From Gaiellaceae bacterium (GTDB taxonomy: Bacteria; Actinomycetota; Thermoleophilia; Gaiellales; Gaiellaceae), in NCBI GenBank assembly GCA_035296905.1, contig DATHAA010000007.1, positions 32,415 through 96,414 on the forward strand: a stretch of 64,000 nucleotides of DNA. The letters run 5' to 3'. The notes under the pieces were generated by a model. That model saw only the letters and a list, made by a program, of their open reading frames with translations, had not been told where the DNA came from and made no database searches. Of this stretch, positions 63,626 to 64,000 are shown one piece after another (positions within the stretch are counted from its first letter, which is position 1; the number at the start of each line of letters is the position of its first letter). A program made the translations under genes and the position numbers.

Positions 63626-63940
63626 TCGATCGCCCGAGCATAAAGACGCGCCGTTCGGACTGACAAGAGCCACTTTCTGCAGGAGTCAGCCGTCCGCTAC
63701 GTCGACGGCGGCGGCGACGTGCTGCTCGTGCCTGACTCGGAGCTCGCCACCGTCTGCCGCAGACACAATCCGCGCGGCGGCTAGGACGGGCGGAACCTGT
63801 ACGGAAGGACGCGGGGTGCGACCGGAACTTTTGGCTCGAGGGGCTGAATGCTCACGGCCCTACGAATGGATGCGGGAACCTGAACACCGACGAAGGTGTA
63901 TGACGACTGCTAGAGCTGGCAGCGTCCGGGAGGTACACGA

Positions 63941-64000
63941 ATGAAAAAAGTCGCCCTCATCCCCCTCGCAATCATGCTTTTGAGCGCGCTTTGCCCTGCG
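63941..64000 (+). CDS. Start of a secreted protein or lipoprotein (partial; continues past the window end)
   Basis: ATG at 63941 preceded by GGGAGG. MKKVALIPLAIMLLSALCPA looks like a signal peptide with a possible lipobox Cys. Confidence 0.4.
   Translation, partial: MKKVALIPLAIMLLSALCPA

Noticed and set aside
1-64000. Mobile-element genes (transposase, integrase, recombinase, phage or conjugation genes) that could explain the repeats and pseudogenes
   Set aside because: No ORF in any frame showed recognisable DDE, tyrosine/serine recombinase, relaxase or phage structural motifs.

Overview
High-GC (about 70% by eye) bacterial chromosome segment. Gene content and the compact 4-nt start/stop overlaps look actinobacterial, possibly Thermoleophilia or Rubrobacteria-like; this is inference only. 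The backbone is a de novo purine biosynthesis locus split into three blocks: purB-purC-purS-purQ (3.2-6.3 kb), purL-purF (21.1-24.7 kb) and purM-purN-purH (31.2-34.2 kb). Other housekeeping or metabolic modules present: (1) an OmpR/HK two-component system; (2) TrkH/TrkA; (3) a PucR-regulated aminotransferase/aldehyde dehydrogenase/MFS operon; (4) reverse transsulfuration (CBS and cystathionine gamma-lyase); (5) a GT4/GDE-type glucosidase/SDR operon; (6) the pntAA-pntAB-pntB transhydrogenase; (7) two ABC export systems with MarR and LysR regulators; (8) a GAF-GGDEF cyclase. No rRNA, intact tRNA, CRISPR array, transposase or integrase was recognised. Three things stand out. (1) A minus-strand operon at 46.4-50.8 kb encodes a MauE-MauD fusion, a Tat-signal Cys-rich protein resembling the methylamine dehydrogenase light chain, a polytopic-membrane/beta-propeller protein and an S8 subtilase. 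No heavy chain (MauB), MauG or amicyanin gene is present, so this is a candidate undescribed quinoprotein-like maturation system. (2) A dispersed family of short repeats derived from the 3' tails of VOC/glyoxalase genes (...DGYRVELIERG-stop) occurs at five loci between 8.2 and 17.9 kb, twice as an ordered three-unit composite. It sits next to several gene remnants. (3) The 14.8 kb segment separating purQ from purL, and also the right end of the window (61.4-63.7 kb), are rich in frameshifted, truncated or nonsense-mutated genes. Many long ORFs in the six-frame track are antisense artefacts of the high GC content and were not called.
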